DNA of 64,000 bases from Candidatus Woesebacteria bacterium (GTDB lineage Bacteria; Patescibacteriota; Microgenomatia; UBA8517): assembly GCA_013374835.1 (NCBI GenBank), contig CP055307.1, forward strand, positions 660,768 through 724,767, given 5' to 3'. Positions 40,124-48,267 of this stretch are shown here, piece after piece. The position numbers and the translations under genes were made by a program. A model generated the notes under the pieces. It ran no database searches. It was not told where the DNA came from and was given only the letters and a program-made list of their open reading frames with translations. How positions within the stretch are numbered: the stretch's first letter is position 1; each line of letters starts with the position of its first letter.

Positions 40124-40594
40124 TCACTGAAGTGATCCTTCGATTTTCTCTTTCAGTTCCTCTGGAGACATGCGGACATTTTGAATCCCTGCGATAAAAC
40201 CGGCAAAGCCGTTTATCGGTTGGTGATTTACTCGCGGTATTATTTGCCAATGAAGATGTTTCACAGATGATCCAGAGTCAGGGCCGATATTGAAGCCAAT
40301 ATTGAAAGATTTAGTGTCAAAGATTTTTGAGAGAATGGTTTTTGTCTGCTCAATTTTTTCTTGCAATTCCACCCACTCATTTTTATTCAATTCTGAAGTA
40401 TCTTCGACATGACGTTTTAGCACCAACATTACATTTCCATCAAGTATCGGATATTGATTAACAAAAACCATCCAATTTTCGCCCTCAAGTGATTCGATGT
40501 TTTGCTTTTTTACTACTTCATTATTACAAAAAGGGCACTTTTTGTTATGGTAACTGTGGTTGTATTTTGATCTATATGGATTGTGGACTTTCAT
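40124..40594 (-). CDS. HIT family protein (histidine triad nucleotide hydrolase/transferase)
   Basis: VKHLHWQIIPR histidine triad; CPFC zinc motif; start taken at MKVHNPYRSKY (40594); the longer ORF-track N-terminus runs through the GC-rich repeat and is rejected. Confidence 0.6.
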   Translation of the reverse strand: MKVHNPYRSKYNHSYHNKKCPFCNNEVVKKQNIESLEGENWMVFVNQYPILDGNVMLVLKRHVEDTSELNKNEWVELQEKIEQTKTILSKIFDTKSFNIGFNIGPDSGSSVKHLHWQIIPRVNHQPINGFAGFIAGIQNVRMSPEELKEKIEGSLQ

Positions 40595-40755
40595 AACAAC
40601 AATAATGTTTAAGGATATCATAATTTGGTATACTGAAAACATATTAAAAATTTTTGCGTTTTTATTTTTCGCCTTAACAGGCGTGTTCGAGCCGACTTTT
40701 TGCGAGGCCGAAAGCCGAGCTAGGAATAAGCAGAGCTTGTCTCTGCGAGATAGCG

Positions 40756-40781
40756 CGGCGATTGGGTGGGGGCAATCGCCG
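40756..40781. repeat. perfect 9-bp GC-rich hairpin (CGGCGATTG-GGTGGGGG-CAATCGCCG), part of the extended copy-A repeat region
   Basis: Direct inspection; the CGATTGGGTG...CAATCG motif recurs around copy C. Confidence 0.4.
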
Positions 40782-40840
40782 CACCTTTGAAATACGTTCG
40801 AATTTGAATATATACAGAGCACACAAAATGATCAGATGGA

Positions 40841-40913
40841 TATGCGCGAGCCGCGAATGGCCGCGCGGCGAGCGCATTATGCGGAGGAATCGGGCAAAAT
40901 TCAATTCGTTTAC
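40841..40913 (+). repeat. GC-rich imperfect-palindrome repeat, copy A (GCGCGAGCCGCG-N4-GCCGCGCGGCGAGCGC ... ATGCGG...AATCGGG.AAAATTCAATTCGTTTA)
   Basis: ~90% identical to copy C (47905-47990) in the same orientation; inverted relative to copy B. Confidence 0.75.
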
Positions 40914-40982
40914 ATATGAGTAAGAAAAAATAAAAACACAAAAATTTAATCAAAGCCAGTTACTTTGATTGATTAAACTGCC

Positions 40983-42524
40983 ATGAAATACATAGCCTAT
41001 TGCAGAAAATCAACAGATGAGAAGGAGAAACAAATTCTCTCCATTGATCAGCAAATCTATGAGTTAAAGCAGTTTGCGCAGAGAGAAAACTTGGAGATAG
41101 TTGAATTTTTGACAGAGGCGCAAACTGCCAAAGTTCCTGGACGGAAAGTATTTTCAAACTTTATTAGCCTAGTTGAAAAAGGTGTTGCACAAGGAATTAT
41201 TGCTTGGCACCCCGACAGACTTGCCAGGAACTCGATAGGTGGTGGAAAAATTATTTATCTTCTCGATGAAGGAAAACTTCAATCTCTAAAATTTCCCACT
41301 TTCTGGTTTGAAAATACTCCCCAGGGCAGATTTATGCTTAATATCGCTTTTGGCCAAGCTAAGTATTATGTTGATAATCTAAGTGAGAATGTAAAACGAG
41401 GTTTATACCACAAATTAAGACATGGTGGCTGGCCATCGCTTGCCCCTATCGGCTACTTAAATGACAGAAACTTGCGTTCTGTCATTGTTCACCCCAAAGA
41501 GGGAAAGTTGGTAAAACTTGCTTTTCTGAAATTCTCCTCCGGCGAATTTAGCAGTATGAAAGATATTCAAACTTTCTTTTTCAAAAACAAGTTGTTTAAA
41601 GCTGGCGAAAAACCCATGCACTACAATCAAATTCGTGCAATTCTCACAAACAGCTTTTATTATGGCCTCATGCTTTACCATGGCGAAACGTATGAGGGTA
41701 GTCACAAGCCTTTAATTAGCAAAAAGACTTTTGACAAAGCTCAAGAAATTTTGGAGAAAAAGTACAGCAAGAAACCCCACAAGCACGAATTTGATTTCAC
41801 TGGTTTTATTACGTGCAAAGAATGCGGTTCGTTTGTAACTGCCGAGACACACAAAAAGTTCTATCGAAAAACGAACCGCAATGCTACCTATATTTACTAC
41901 CGCTGTGTCAAGAAAAAGGGAATTTGTTCGCAAAAGTACCTTCGTGAAGAAAAAGTTGAAAAACAGCTCAGAGAAATTGTGGAGAGTGTTTCTTTAAATG
42001 AAAAATGGCAAGCCAAAATGCTTGAACTTTTGGCGAAAGATGAGATTAAAGAAAAGGAAACAATTAAAAGTGAGCTTCGCTCACTCACAGTTTCTCTGGA
42101 AGCTGTCGAGGAAAAACTAGACAAACTACTTGAAGGCTACTTAGAAGAAATAGTTGACACCGAAGATTATCAAGCTAAGAAAAAAGATTTTCTCGACAAA
42201 AAGAAAGTTTTGAAAGAGAAAATATCAGAAGTTAAGCAAAAAGGAAGTGCTTGGCTCGAACCGATGAGAGAATTCATCAATGAGGCCGCAGAAGCGGCCA
42301 AAATCGCGCGCAAAAAAAATAATTGCGATGAACTTTCAGTCATCGCAAAAAAAGTCGGCTCGAACTTCTATATGATGAATAAACGGATTTATTTTGAGCC
42401 CTGCGCACCGCATATTGCGCTCGCCGCGCGGCCTGTCGCGGCTCGCGCATACCCCACCGCTACCATTTTGTGCCGAGGGTGGGACTCGAACCCACACGTC
42501 CGATTATCGAACACAGGATTTTAA
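40983..42524 (+). CDS. large serine recombinase (resolvase catalytic domain, recombinase domain, Zn-ribbon, coiled-coil)
   Basis: N-terminal YCRKSTDEKEKQILSIDQQ (catalytic Ser), AWHPDRLARN, recombinase domain, CKECGSFVTAETHKKFYRK...YYRCVKKKGICS zinc ribbon, long coiled-coil; the ORF as drawn reads through repeat B and into tRNA-Leu, so the true C-terminus is probably upstream of ~42400. Confidence 0.8.
   Translation: MKYIAYCRKSTDEKEKQILSIDQQIYELKQFAQRENLEIVEFLTEAQTAKVPGRKVFSNFISLVEKGVAQGIIAWHPDRLARNSIGGGKIIYLLDEGKLQSLKFPTFWFENTPQGRFMLNIAFGQAKYYVDNLSENVKRGLYHKLRHGGWPSLAPIGYLNDRNLRSVIVHPKEGKLVKLAFLKFSSGEFSSMKDIQTFFFKNKLFKAGEKPMHYNQIRAILTNSFYYGLMLYHGETYEGSHKPLISKKTFDKAQEILEKKYSKKPHKHEFDFTGFITCKECGSFVTAETHKKFYRKTNRNATYIYYRCVKKKGICSQKYLREEKVEKQLREIVESVSLNEKWQAKMLELLAKDEIKEKETIKSELRSLTVSLEAVEEKLDKLLEGYLEEIVDTEDYQAKKKDFLDKKKVLKEKISEVKQKGSAWLEPMREFINEAAEAAKIARKKNNCDELSVIAKKVGSNFYMMNKRIYFEPCAPHIALAARPVAARAYPTATILCRGWDSNPHVRLSNTGF
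42385..42470 (-). repeat. GC-rich imperfect-palindrome repeat, copy B (inverted), directly abutting the 3' end of tRNA-Leu(TAA)
   Basis: Reverse complement of 42406-42450 matches copy C core with 2 mismatches over 45 nt. Confidence 0.75.
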
Positions 42525-42556
42525 GTCCTGAGCGTCTACCATTCCGCCACCTCGGC
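42471..42556 (-). tRNA. tRNA-Leu (anticodon TAA), long variable arm
   Basis: Reverse complement GCCGAGGTGGCGGAATGGTAGACGCTCAGGACTTAAAATCCTGTGTTCGATAATCGGACGTGTGGGTTCGAGTCCCACCCTCGGCA; class II cloverleaf. Confidence 0.85.
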
Positions 42557-42626
42557 TTTAATTATATAAGTGAGAGTAGGCTAATTTTACTATATTGTGC
42601 TAAAATTTGGAAACTAAGTCACAATT

Positions 42627-43541
42627 ATGTCCGAAAGATCGAAAAAACTACCAATGGGATGCCTACCCTTTTTTATACCTCCACTTCTTCTTTTGGGTAC
42701 ATCGGGCTGTAAAAATTTTGAAATAATTGACGTTTCATCCCCAAAAACCGAAAATCAAGGCGATAATGAATTGAATTTTCGGCTTGATCCGAAAATCTTA
42801 GATTTTGAAGAAAAAATTGCACAATCTCTTGCTATTAAAATTGAAACTTCAGAAGCTAAGCCGCCGGATGTTTTATACCAAGTAACACCTCTTAATAATA
42901 CTCCCGGGTGGTATGTTTGCACATTTAATATGCTTCGCGAAAACGATGACGGGCCTCAAAGAGTAGGGCTTCAGGTTGGAAAGATTGTATTATATGCCGA
43001 TAGAGATGTAATTGATTTTGTGGGACAATTTGTTGATTTACCCGATACAGGACACACAGGAGACAGCGAGTCTATACGTTTTTTTACAAAAGTAGGTGAG
43101 GACGGAAAAATAAGAATTTATCTTATTCAAATTTGGCAACACAATAATGGTTTTTGGACTAATTATTCACCAGACGAATTTGAATTAGATGATGGTGCTT
43201 TGGTTTTTTATGAAAGCGAGGGGAAGCATACGCTCTATTCAAGCCGTGAAGAATGCAATAGTGAGCATATAATCCGCCTTGCCGATGGGGTGTCTATCAC
43301 TCGCGATTACTGCCACGAGGCTTCCTCACGGATAAGTATCGACATAAACGGGCTTAATAATGTCGGAGAAAGAAATACTCCCCTAAACCCGTTTAAGACT
43401 AATCCGGAGCTTTCTGAAAGGTATCCTGATGAGTCGCCCTTTGGAATTAACGGACAAGATGGAAAGTTTTGCGGCGGAGCAGAAAATAATGGTAGATGCA
43501 AAGCGAGCATTAAGCTCTGGCCGCCTGACGGCGAACACTAG
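42627..43541 (+). CDS. hypothetical lipoprotein
   Basis: Lipobox LLGTSGC after a hydrophobic signal; 304 aa; C-terminus overlaps pyrG convergently by ~30 nt. Confidence 0.4.
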   Translation: MSERSKKLPMGCLPFFIPPLLLLGTSGCKNFEIIDVSSPKTENQGDNELNFRLDPKILDFEEKIAQSLAIKIETSEAKPPDVLYQVTPLNNTPGWYVCTFNMLRENDDGPQRVGLQVGKIVLYADRDVIDFVGQFVDLPDTGHTGDSESIRFFTKVGEDGKIRIYLIQIWQHNNGFWTNYSPDEFELDDGALVFYESEGKHTLYSSREECNSEHIIRLADGVSITRDYCHEASSRISIDINGLNNVGERNTPLNPFKTNPELSERYPDESPFGINGQDGKFCGGAENNGRCKASIKLWPPDGEH

Positions 43542-45222
43542 CTTTTATAAATTCAATAAATATCGGATGAGGAGATAGAGGCCTTGATAAATACTCGGGG
43601 TGGAATTGAGTTCCGATAAAAAACGGATGATTTTTGATCTCGATTGCTTCTACTAATTTATTATCAGGAGAGATTCCAGAAATCGTTAACCCTTCTTTTT
43701 CAAAGAGTTTTTTATATTTCATGTTAAATTCATATCTGTGTCTGTGTCGCTCATGGATTAATGGCTGATGATTAATGGCTAATGGCTGATTTTTCTGTAA
43801 CGGATTGGGGTGGTGCCAGGGGGAGGAAGCATCTGAATGCATATTATAAATATTTTTAAGCTTGGTGTCTTTAATCAAAACACAAGGCCATGCTCCGAGC
43901 CTAATTGTACCGCCGAACTGGTTTTTTTCAAGATATTTCTTTTGATCCGGCATAAGGTGTATTACGGGATGGGGTGTTTTAGGATCGATTTCAACCGAAT
44001 TTGCGCCTTTTAAGTTCAGAATGTTCCTTGCGTATTCTATCACCGCCATTTGCATCCCAAAGCATAGTCCTAAAAATGGAACGGCATTTTCTCTTGCGAA
44101 TTTAACCGCTTTGATTTTCCCTTCTGATCCACGGCTGCCCCAGCCTTGCGGAACGATTAACGAATCTGCCTGGGAAAGATATTTTTTAATTTCATCAGAG
44201 GACTTTTTTTCCAAACTTTCAGCGTTTATCCAGATTACCTCCGGCTTGACACCAACGCTTGTAGACGCATGCTTTATGGCTTCATTAACGCAAACATAGC
44301 TATCCTCAAGAACATAGTCGCCTGTATTTTGGTATTTTCCAACTATAGCTATTTTTATTTTACTTTTTGATTTTTCGGATTTTTTAATATAATCATTCCA
44401 GCTTTTAAGATCTTTTGACTTAAATTTAAGATCTAAACTATTTGCTATCATCGCACTTAGGTTTTGTTTTTCTAAATAAGGGGGAAGCTTATAAACACAA
44501 TCCAGATCGGGATTGGCAATAATGTGCTTTACTGGAACACCTGATGCAAGAAAAATTTTTTCTTTTCGCTTACTGTCTATTGCTTTTTCAGATCTTGCTA
44601 CTATGAAATCCGGCTGTATCCCTAGTGAGTTTAGAAGAGAAATTGATTGCTGTAGAGGCTTTGACTTCAGCTCCCCAATTGAAGGCGGAGTGGGGAGATA
44701 ACCTACTAAAATAAAGATGATGTCTTTTGGCTTTTTGAGTTTGATTCTTCTAGCCGCTTCGAAGAAAAGCAGTCCTTCATATTCCCCTACAGTGCCACCT
44801 AATTCAACTATTACCACCTCTGCTCGGTTTTTTCTTCCTGCTTCTTCCCATCTTTTGATGATTTCCGGGGGTATATGGTGGTAAGGTTCGACGCATTTTC
44901 CCTGATAATAAAGTGCTCTTTCTTTTTCAAGAACATCTTTGTATATTTGACCGTTAGTCATATAATTTGACCTGTTTAAATTTTTCCCCAGAAACCGTTC
45001 GTAGTGACCCAGATCCTGGTCTGTTTCAATGCCATCGTGCGTAACAAAGACTTCTCCATGCTCTATAGGGTTCATGGTGCCTGCGTCAATATTCAGATAC
45101 ATATCGCATTTAACCAGAGTTGTTTTGATACCTTTTGAAGAGAGCAGAAGACCGATTGAAGCACTTGTTATGCCTTTTCCTAGACCGGACAATACACCTC
45201 CTGCGACTATAATATATTTCAT
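43510..45222 (-). CDS. pyrG: CTP synthase
   Basis: N-terminal KYIIVAGGVLSGLGKGITSAS; glutamine amidotransferase GLCFGMQ and HPE motifs; 570 aa; contains a short in-frame decamer repeat (PLAINHQPLIHE). Confidence 0.9.
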   Translation of the reverse strand: MKYIIVAGGVLSGLGKGITSASIGLLLSSKGIKTTLVKCDMYLNIDAGTMNPIEHGEVFVTHDGIETDQDLGHYERFLGKNLNRSNYMTNGQIYKDVLEKERALYYQGKCVEPYHHIPPEIIKRWEEAGRKNRAEVVIVELGGTVGEYEGLLFFEAARRIKLKKPKDIIFILVGYLPTPPSIGELKSKPLQQSISLLNSLGIQPDFIVARSEKAIDSKRKEKIFLASGVPVKHIIANPDLDCVYKLPPYLEKQNLSAMIANSLDLKFKSKDLKSWNDYIKKSEKSKSKIKIAIVGKYQNTGDYVLEDSYVCVNEAIKHASTSVGVKPEVIWINAESLEKKSSDEIKKYLSQADSLIVPQGWGSRGSEGKIKAVKFARENAVPFLGLCFGMQMAVIEYARNILNLKGANSVEIDPKTPHPVIHLMPDQKKYLEKNQFGGTIRLGAWPCVLIKDTKLKNIYNMHSDASSPWHHPNPLQKNQPLAINHQPLIHERHRHRYEFNMKYKKLFEKEGLTISGISPDNKLVEAIEIKNHPFFIGTQFHPEYLSRPLSPHPIFIEFIKASVRRQAARA

Positions 45223-45265
45223 TAAGTTTAGCCCAGATCAGATTAACAAAAGAGGAGTATTGTTG

Positions 45266-45808
45266 TCAAAAGTTTTTTGATCTTTTGAATAAAAGCATAA
45301 AAAGACTGATCATTACAAAAGCCGTTGCTGCCATTAGAGGTATTGTAATGTAACCAAAATTCATTACGAATTTTTCTGCACATGAGATCGAAAAGCCGAC
45401 TGCTGAGCATGAAATATTCGGTACTAAACCTAATTGAAGCAAATAATGGTATATTGACAGCGGCGCACCAAGGAGCGAAAGAGTAAGAATATAATCCGTG
45501 ATTATCTTTTCGTTTTTCCAGAGGGCGACGGCAAGCAAAGGCACTTGGGGATACATCAGAATTCTTTGATACCAGCAGAGAATGCACGGCGTAAAACCTG
45601 CAATCTCGGAATAATACAGGCTCCCTGATGTTGCCATAAGAGCAACGATAAAGGAAAAGATATATGAATTTTTTGAAAAAAAGCTAAAGATAAAAGATCT
45701 TTTTTTAAACGGTAAAAAGATAAGAAGAAGCAAAAAAATAATAGTTAGTTGGCCTAAAATCGTAAGATAAGATAAAAATCGGCTTATGTGTGCAGGATCC
45801 ATATTCAA
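45266..45808 (-). CDS. disulfide bond formation protein B-like (DsbB/BdbC family)
   Basis: Two periplasmic Cys pairs (PCILCW; CSAVGFSISC) in a 4-TM protein of 180 aa. Confidence 0.5.
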   Translation of the reverse strand: MNMDPAHISRFLSYLTILGQLTIIFLLLLIFLPFKKRSFIFSFFSKNSYIFSFIVALMATSGSLYYSEIAGFTPCILCWYQRILMYPQVPLLAVALWKNEKIITDYILTLSLLGAPLSIYHYLLQLGLVPNISCSAVGFSISCAEKFVMNFGYITIPLMAATAFVMISLFMLLFKRSKNF

Positions 45809-46449
45809 TTGAGTTCTTTGTCGATTAGAATTCTAAAACCTTCTATATCTTTTGGATTCGGTACTATCCTACCATTTAGGGCAAAGGTTGGTGTTCCTCT
45901 GACACCTATTTCGAGGGAATTTTTTCTACTTTCTTCTACTTTCTCTATTAGTTGAGAATCTTCGTAGTCAGATAAAAACTTGTCTTTATCAATACCGATT
46001 TCTTCTGCGTATTGGGCAAAGAGATTTTTTGGGTCGCTTTCTGATGCCCATTCAGTTTGTTTTTCAAATAAAATGTCGTACATTTCCCAGAATTTATCCT
46101 GCCTCCCTGCGGCTTCTGCCGAAACAGCCGCGTTGAATGCATTTTTGTGTATATTTGTCAGCGGAAAGTGTCTTACTACAAACAAAATCCTATCTTGATA
46201 CTCGTCAAGAACAGACTTTACTATTGGATAGTATGATCTGCACGCTGGACATTGGAAATCAAGATATTCTATAAGAACTACACTTGAATCTCTTTTTCCT
46301 ATTGTCCAATCCTCCTCATATGTACCAAGAGAATTATCCGACAAATTTTCATTGCCGGTAGCAGGGCGTGAAAGCTTAAAAAGTGCAAACCCTAAAACAA
46401 AGATTGCAAGCAAAACGAATATTTTAACCAAAATATTGCTATTTTTCAT
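45805..46449 (-). CDS. DsbA/BdbD-like thiol-disulfide oxidoreductase, membrane-anchored
   Basis: Thioredoxin-fold CPAC active site (DFQCPACRSY); N-terminal TM; 214 aa; translationally coupled to the DsbB-like gene. Confidence 0.6.
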   Translation of the reverse strand: MKNSNILVKIFVLLAIFVLGFALFKLSRPATGNENLSDNSLGTYEEDWTIGKRDSSVVLIEYLDFQCPACRSYYPIVKSVLDEYQDRILFVVRHFPLTNIHKNAFNAAVSAEAAGRQDKFWEMYDILFEKQTEWASESDPKNLFAQYAEEIGIDKDKFLSDYEDSQLIEKVEESRKNSLEIGVRGTPTFALNGRIVPNPKDIEGFRILIDKELN

Positions 46450-46481
46450 TTTTTCCTCTTTTTTGATTATTTATATCTCAG

Positions 46482-46553
46482 TGCCCCCGGAGGGATTCGA
46501 ACCCCCACCCCATGGTCCGAAGCCACGTATTCTATCCGTTAAACTACGGAGGC
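46482..46553 (-). tRNA. tRNA-Arg (anticodon TCG inferred)
   Basis: Reverse complement GCCTCCGTAGTTTAACGGATAGAATACGTGGCTTCGGACCATGGGGTGGGGGTTCGAATCCCTCCGGGGGCA; anticodon loop CTTCGGA; the anticodon assignment depends on the loop register. Confidence 0.7.
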
Positions 46554-46602
46554 TTTAATTGTAATAATAAATAGTATAACAGATTTGTTGTAAAATAGGC
46601 TC

Positions 46603-47688
46603 ATGGCAAATCTACAAAAAGAGGATATTACCAAAATGCAAATCAAGCGTATCGAAAACGAAATTCGCGATACGCCAAAGCATAAAGCTACAGAGCATTA
46701 TGTAGGACGGCTTAGAGCAAAATTAGCAAAACTCAAAGAAAGAATAGAAGAGCAGGAATCTAAAAAGACAGGCGGAGGCGGCGGATATGCAATTCGAAAA
46801 CAAGGGGATGCAACCGTGATTTTAATCGGTCCGCCATCCACTGGCAAATCTACCCTTTTAAATAGATTGACAAATGCCCATTCAAAAGTTGCACCTTATT
46901 TATTTACAACGGTAAGCGTAATTCCGGGGATGATGCAATACAAAAATACAGATATACAAATACTTGATGTTCCGGGACTAATTGAAGGTGCAGATATAGG
47001 AAAGGGGAGAAGCAGGGAAGTGTTATCTGTTGTAAGAGGAGCGGATTTAATTATTATCATGTCTGACATTGATAGGGTTCAAGCGATTAAACATATTGCC
47101 AAAACACTTGAATCTAGTGGCATAAGGATCAATAAGAAAAAGCCGGAGGTAAAGATTGAGAAAAAAAATTCAGGCGGATTAATAATCCATTCAAATATTA
47201 AACAAGGAGTTGACAAAGAAACTATCAAAGAAATTGCCCGTGAAATGGGGATTAAAAATGCTGAGATAACGATTAAAGAGAGTCTTGATGTTGAAGAGCT
47301 GATTGATGCTTTTTCAAAAAACAGAGTCTATGTGCCGGCAATATTTGTAATTAATAAGATTGATGTCGGCAATTTTCAAAATCACGAAAAATTTATTTTG
47401 ATTAGCGCTGAAAAGGGTAGTGGAATTAAAAAGCTTAAAAAAGCGATATGGAGAAAGCTTGGGTTTGTAAGAGTTTATCTGGTGAATCCCGATGCCGAGC
47501 CTGATTTCAGCAACCCTATTGTTGTTAAGAGCGGATATTCATTAGCGGACGTTGCCAAAAAAATTGGGGGCGAATTTTTTGAAAATAAAAAAGGGGCAAA
47601 GATATGGGGAAATGGAGCTAAATTTCCCGGGCAGGAGGTTTCGCTTGGAAAAGAAGTTGTTGAGGGGATGATGATAAGGTTTTTTTGA
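46603..47688 (+). CDS. DRG-family (archaeal/eukaryotic-type Obg-like) GTP-binding protein with C-terminal TGS domain
   Basis: N-terminus QIKRIENEIRDTPKHKATEHYVGRLRAKLAKLKE matches the DRG N-terminal helix; G1 GPPSTGKST; G3 DVPGLIEGA; C-terminal TGS-like VRVYLVNPD; 361 aa. Confidence 0.7.
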   Translation: MANLQKEDITKMQIKRIENEIRDTPKHKATEHYVGRLRAKLAKLKERIEEQESKKTGGGGGYAIRKQGDATVILIGPPSTGKSTLLNRLTNAHSKVAPYLFTTVSVIPGMMQYKNTDIQILDVPGLIEGADIGKGRSREVLSVVRGADLIIIMSDIDRVQAIKHIAKTLESSGIRINKKKPEVKIEKKNSGGLIIHSNIKQGVDKETIKEIAREMGIKNAEITIKESLDVEELIDAFSKNRVYVPAIFVINKIDVGNFQNHEKFILISAEKGSGIKKLKKAIWRKLGFVRVYLVNPDAEPDFSNPIVVKSGYSLADVAKKIGGEFFENKKGAKIWGNGAKFPGQEVSLGKEVVEGMMIRFF

Positions 47689-47701
47689 TATAATATCATA
47701 T

Positions 47702-47787
47702 GCCCTCATGGCGGAATTGGCAGACGCGCAGCGTTCAGGACGCTGTTCCCGTTAATGGGAGTAGAGGTTCAACTCCTCTTGAGGGCA
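47702..47787 (+). tRNA. tRNA-Leu (anticodon CAG)
   Basis: GCCCTCATGGCGGAATTGGCAGACGCGCAGCGTTCAGGACGCTG...GGTTCAACTCCTCTTGAGGGCA, class II. Confidence 0.85.
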
Positions 47788-47815
47788 CTGATTTGATAAA
47801 ATATAATTAGTTTGA

Positions 47816-47897
47816 GCCGAGGTGTTGGAACTGGTAGACAAGCACGCTTGAGGTGCGTGTGGGGAAACCCGTGCAGGTTCAAGTCCTGTCCTCGGCA
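47816..47897 (+). tRNA. tRNA-Leu (anticodon GAG)
   Basis: GCCGAGGTGTTGGAACTGGTAGACAAGCACGCTTGAGGTGCGTG...GGTTCAAGTCCTGTCCTCGGCA, class II. Confidence 0.85.
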
Positions 47898-47904
47898 CAG
47901 AAAA

Positions 47905-47990
47905 GGAGCGATTGGGTGTGCGCGAGCCGCGACAGGCCGCGCGGCGAGCGCATCATGCGGTGCAATCGGGAAAAATTCAATTCGTTTATT
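47905..47990 (+). repeat. GC-rich imperfect-palindrome repeat, copy C, directly 3' of tRNA-Leu(GAG)
   Basis: GCGATTGGGTGTGCGCGAGCCGCGACAGGCCGCGCGGCGAGCGCATCATGCGGTGCAATCGGGAAAAATTCAATTCGTTTATT; matches copies A and B. Confidence 0.75.
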
Positions 47991-48094
47991 TTCCAATAAG
48001 TAGTTCGAGCTGGCCCTTATCCCAAGCCAGATTTGTTATTCAATAAAAGTTTTGATTCGGTTGTTTCGGATGTTTGTGATAAAATAGATGATAC

Positions 48095-48168
48095 GGTCGG
48101 TTAGCTCAGTTGGCTAGAGCATTCGGCTTACATCCGAAAGGTCATAGGTTCGAGTCCTATACCGACCA
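48095..48168 (+). tRNA. tRNA-Val (anticodon TAC)
   Basis: GGTCGGTTAGCTCAGTTGGCTAGAGCATTCGGCTTACATCCGAAAGGTCATAGGTTCGAGTCCTATACCGACCA. Confidence 0.85.
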
Positions 48169-48177
48169 CTCATACGC

Positions 48178-48250
48178 GCTGGGATAGCCAAGTTGGTCAC
48201 GGCGGGCGCCTGAAGAGCGTCAGATGTGTGTTCGATTCACACTCCCAGCA
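48178..48250 (+). tRNA. tRNA-Phe (anticodon GAA)
   Basis: GCTGGGATAGCCAAGTTGGTCACGGCGGGCGCCTGAAGAGCGTCAGATGTGTGTTCGATTCACACTCCCAGCA. Confidence 0.8.
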
Positions 48251-48267
48251 CAAATTTTAAAATGTTG

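Noticed and set aside
40780-40840. Possible tRNA remnant next to repeat copy A (ACGTTCGAATTTGAA resembles a T-loop)
   Set aside because: No acceptor, D or anticodon arms could be folded. It is only a short T-loop-like string.
40720-40953. ORFs 40720-40953(-), 40674-40904(-), 47769-47996(-) and 47812-48003(+), plus the N-terminal extension of 40124-40822(-). All encode …IAPH.ALAARP.AARA.P…-like peptides.
   Set aside because: They are translations of the GC-rich repeat copies (high GC gives long open frames). The same peptide appears wherever the repeat occurs, in either orientation. Treated as non-coding repeat.
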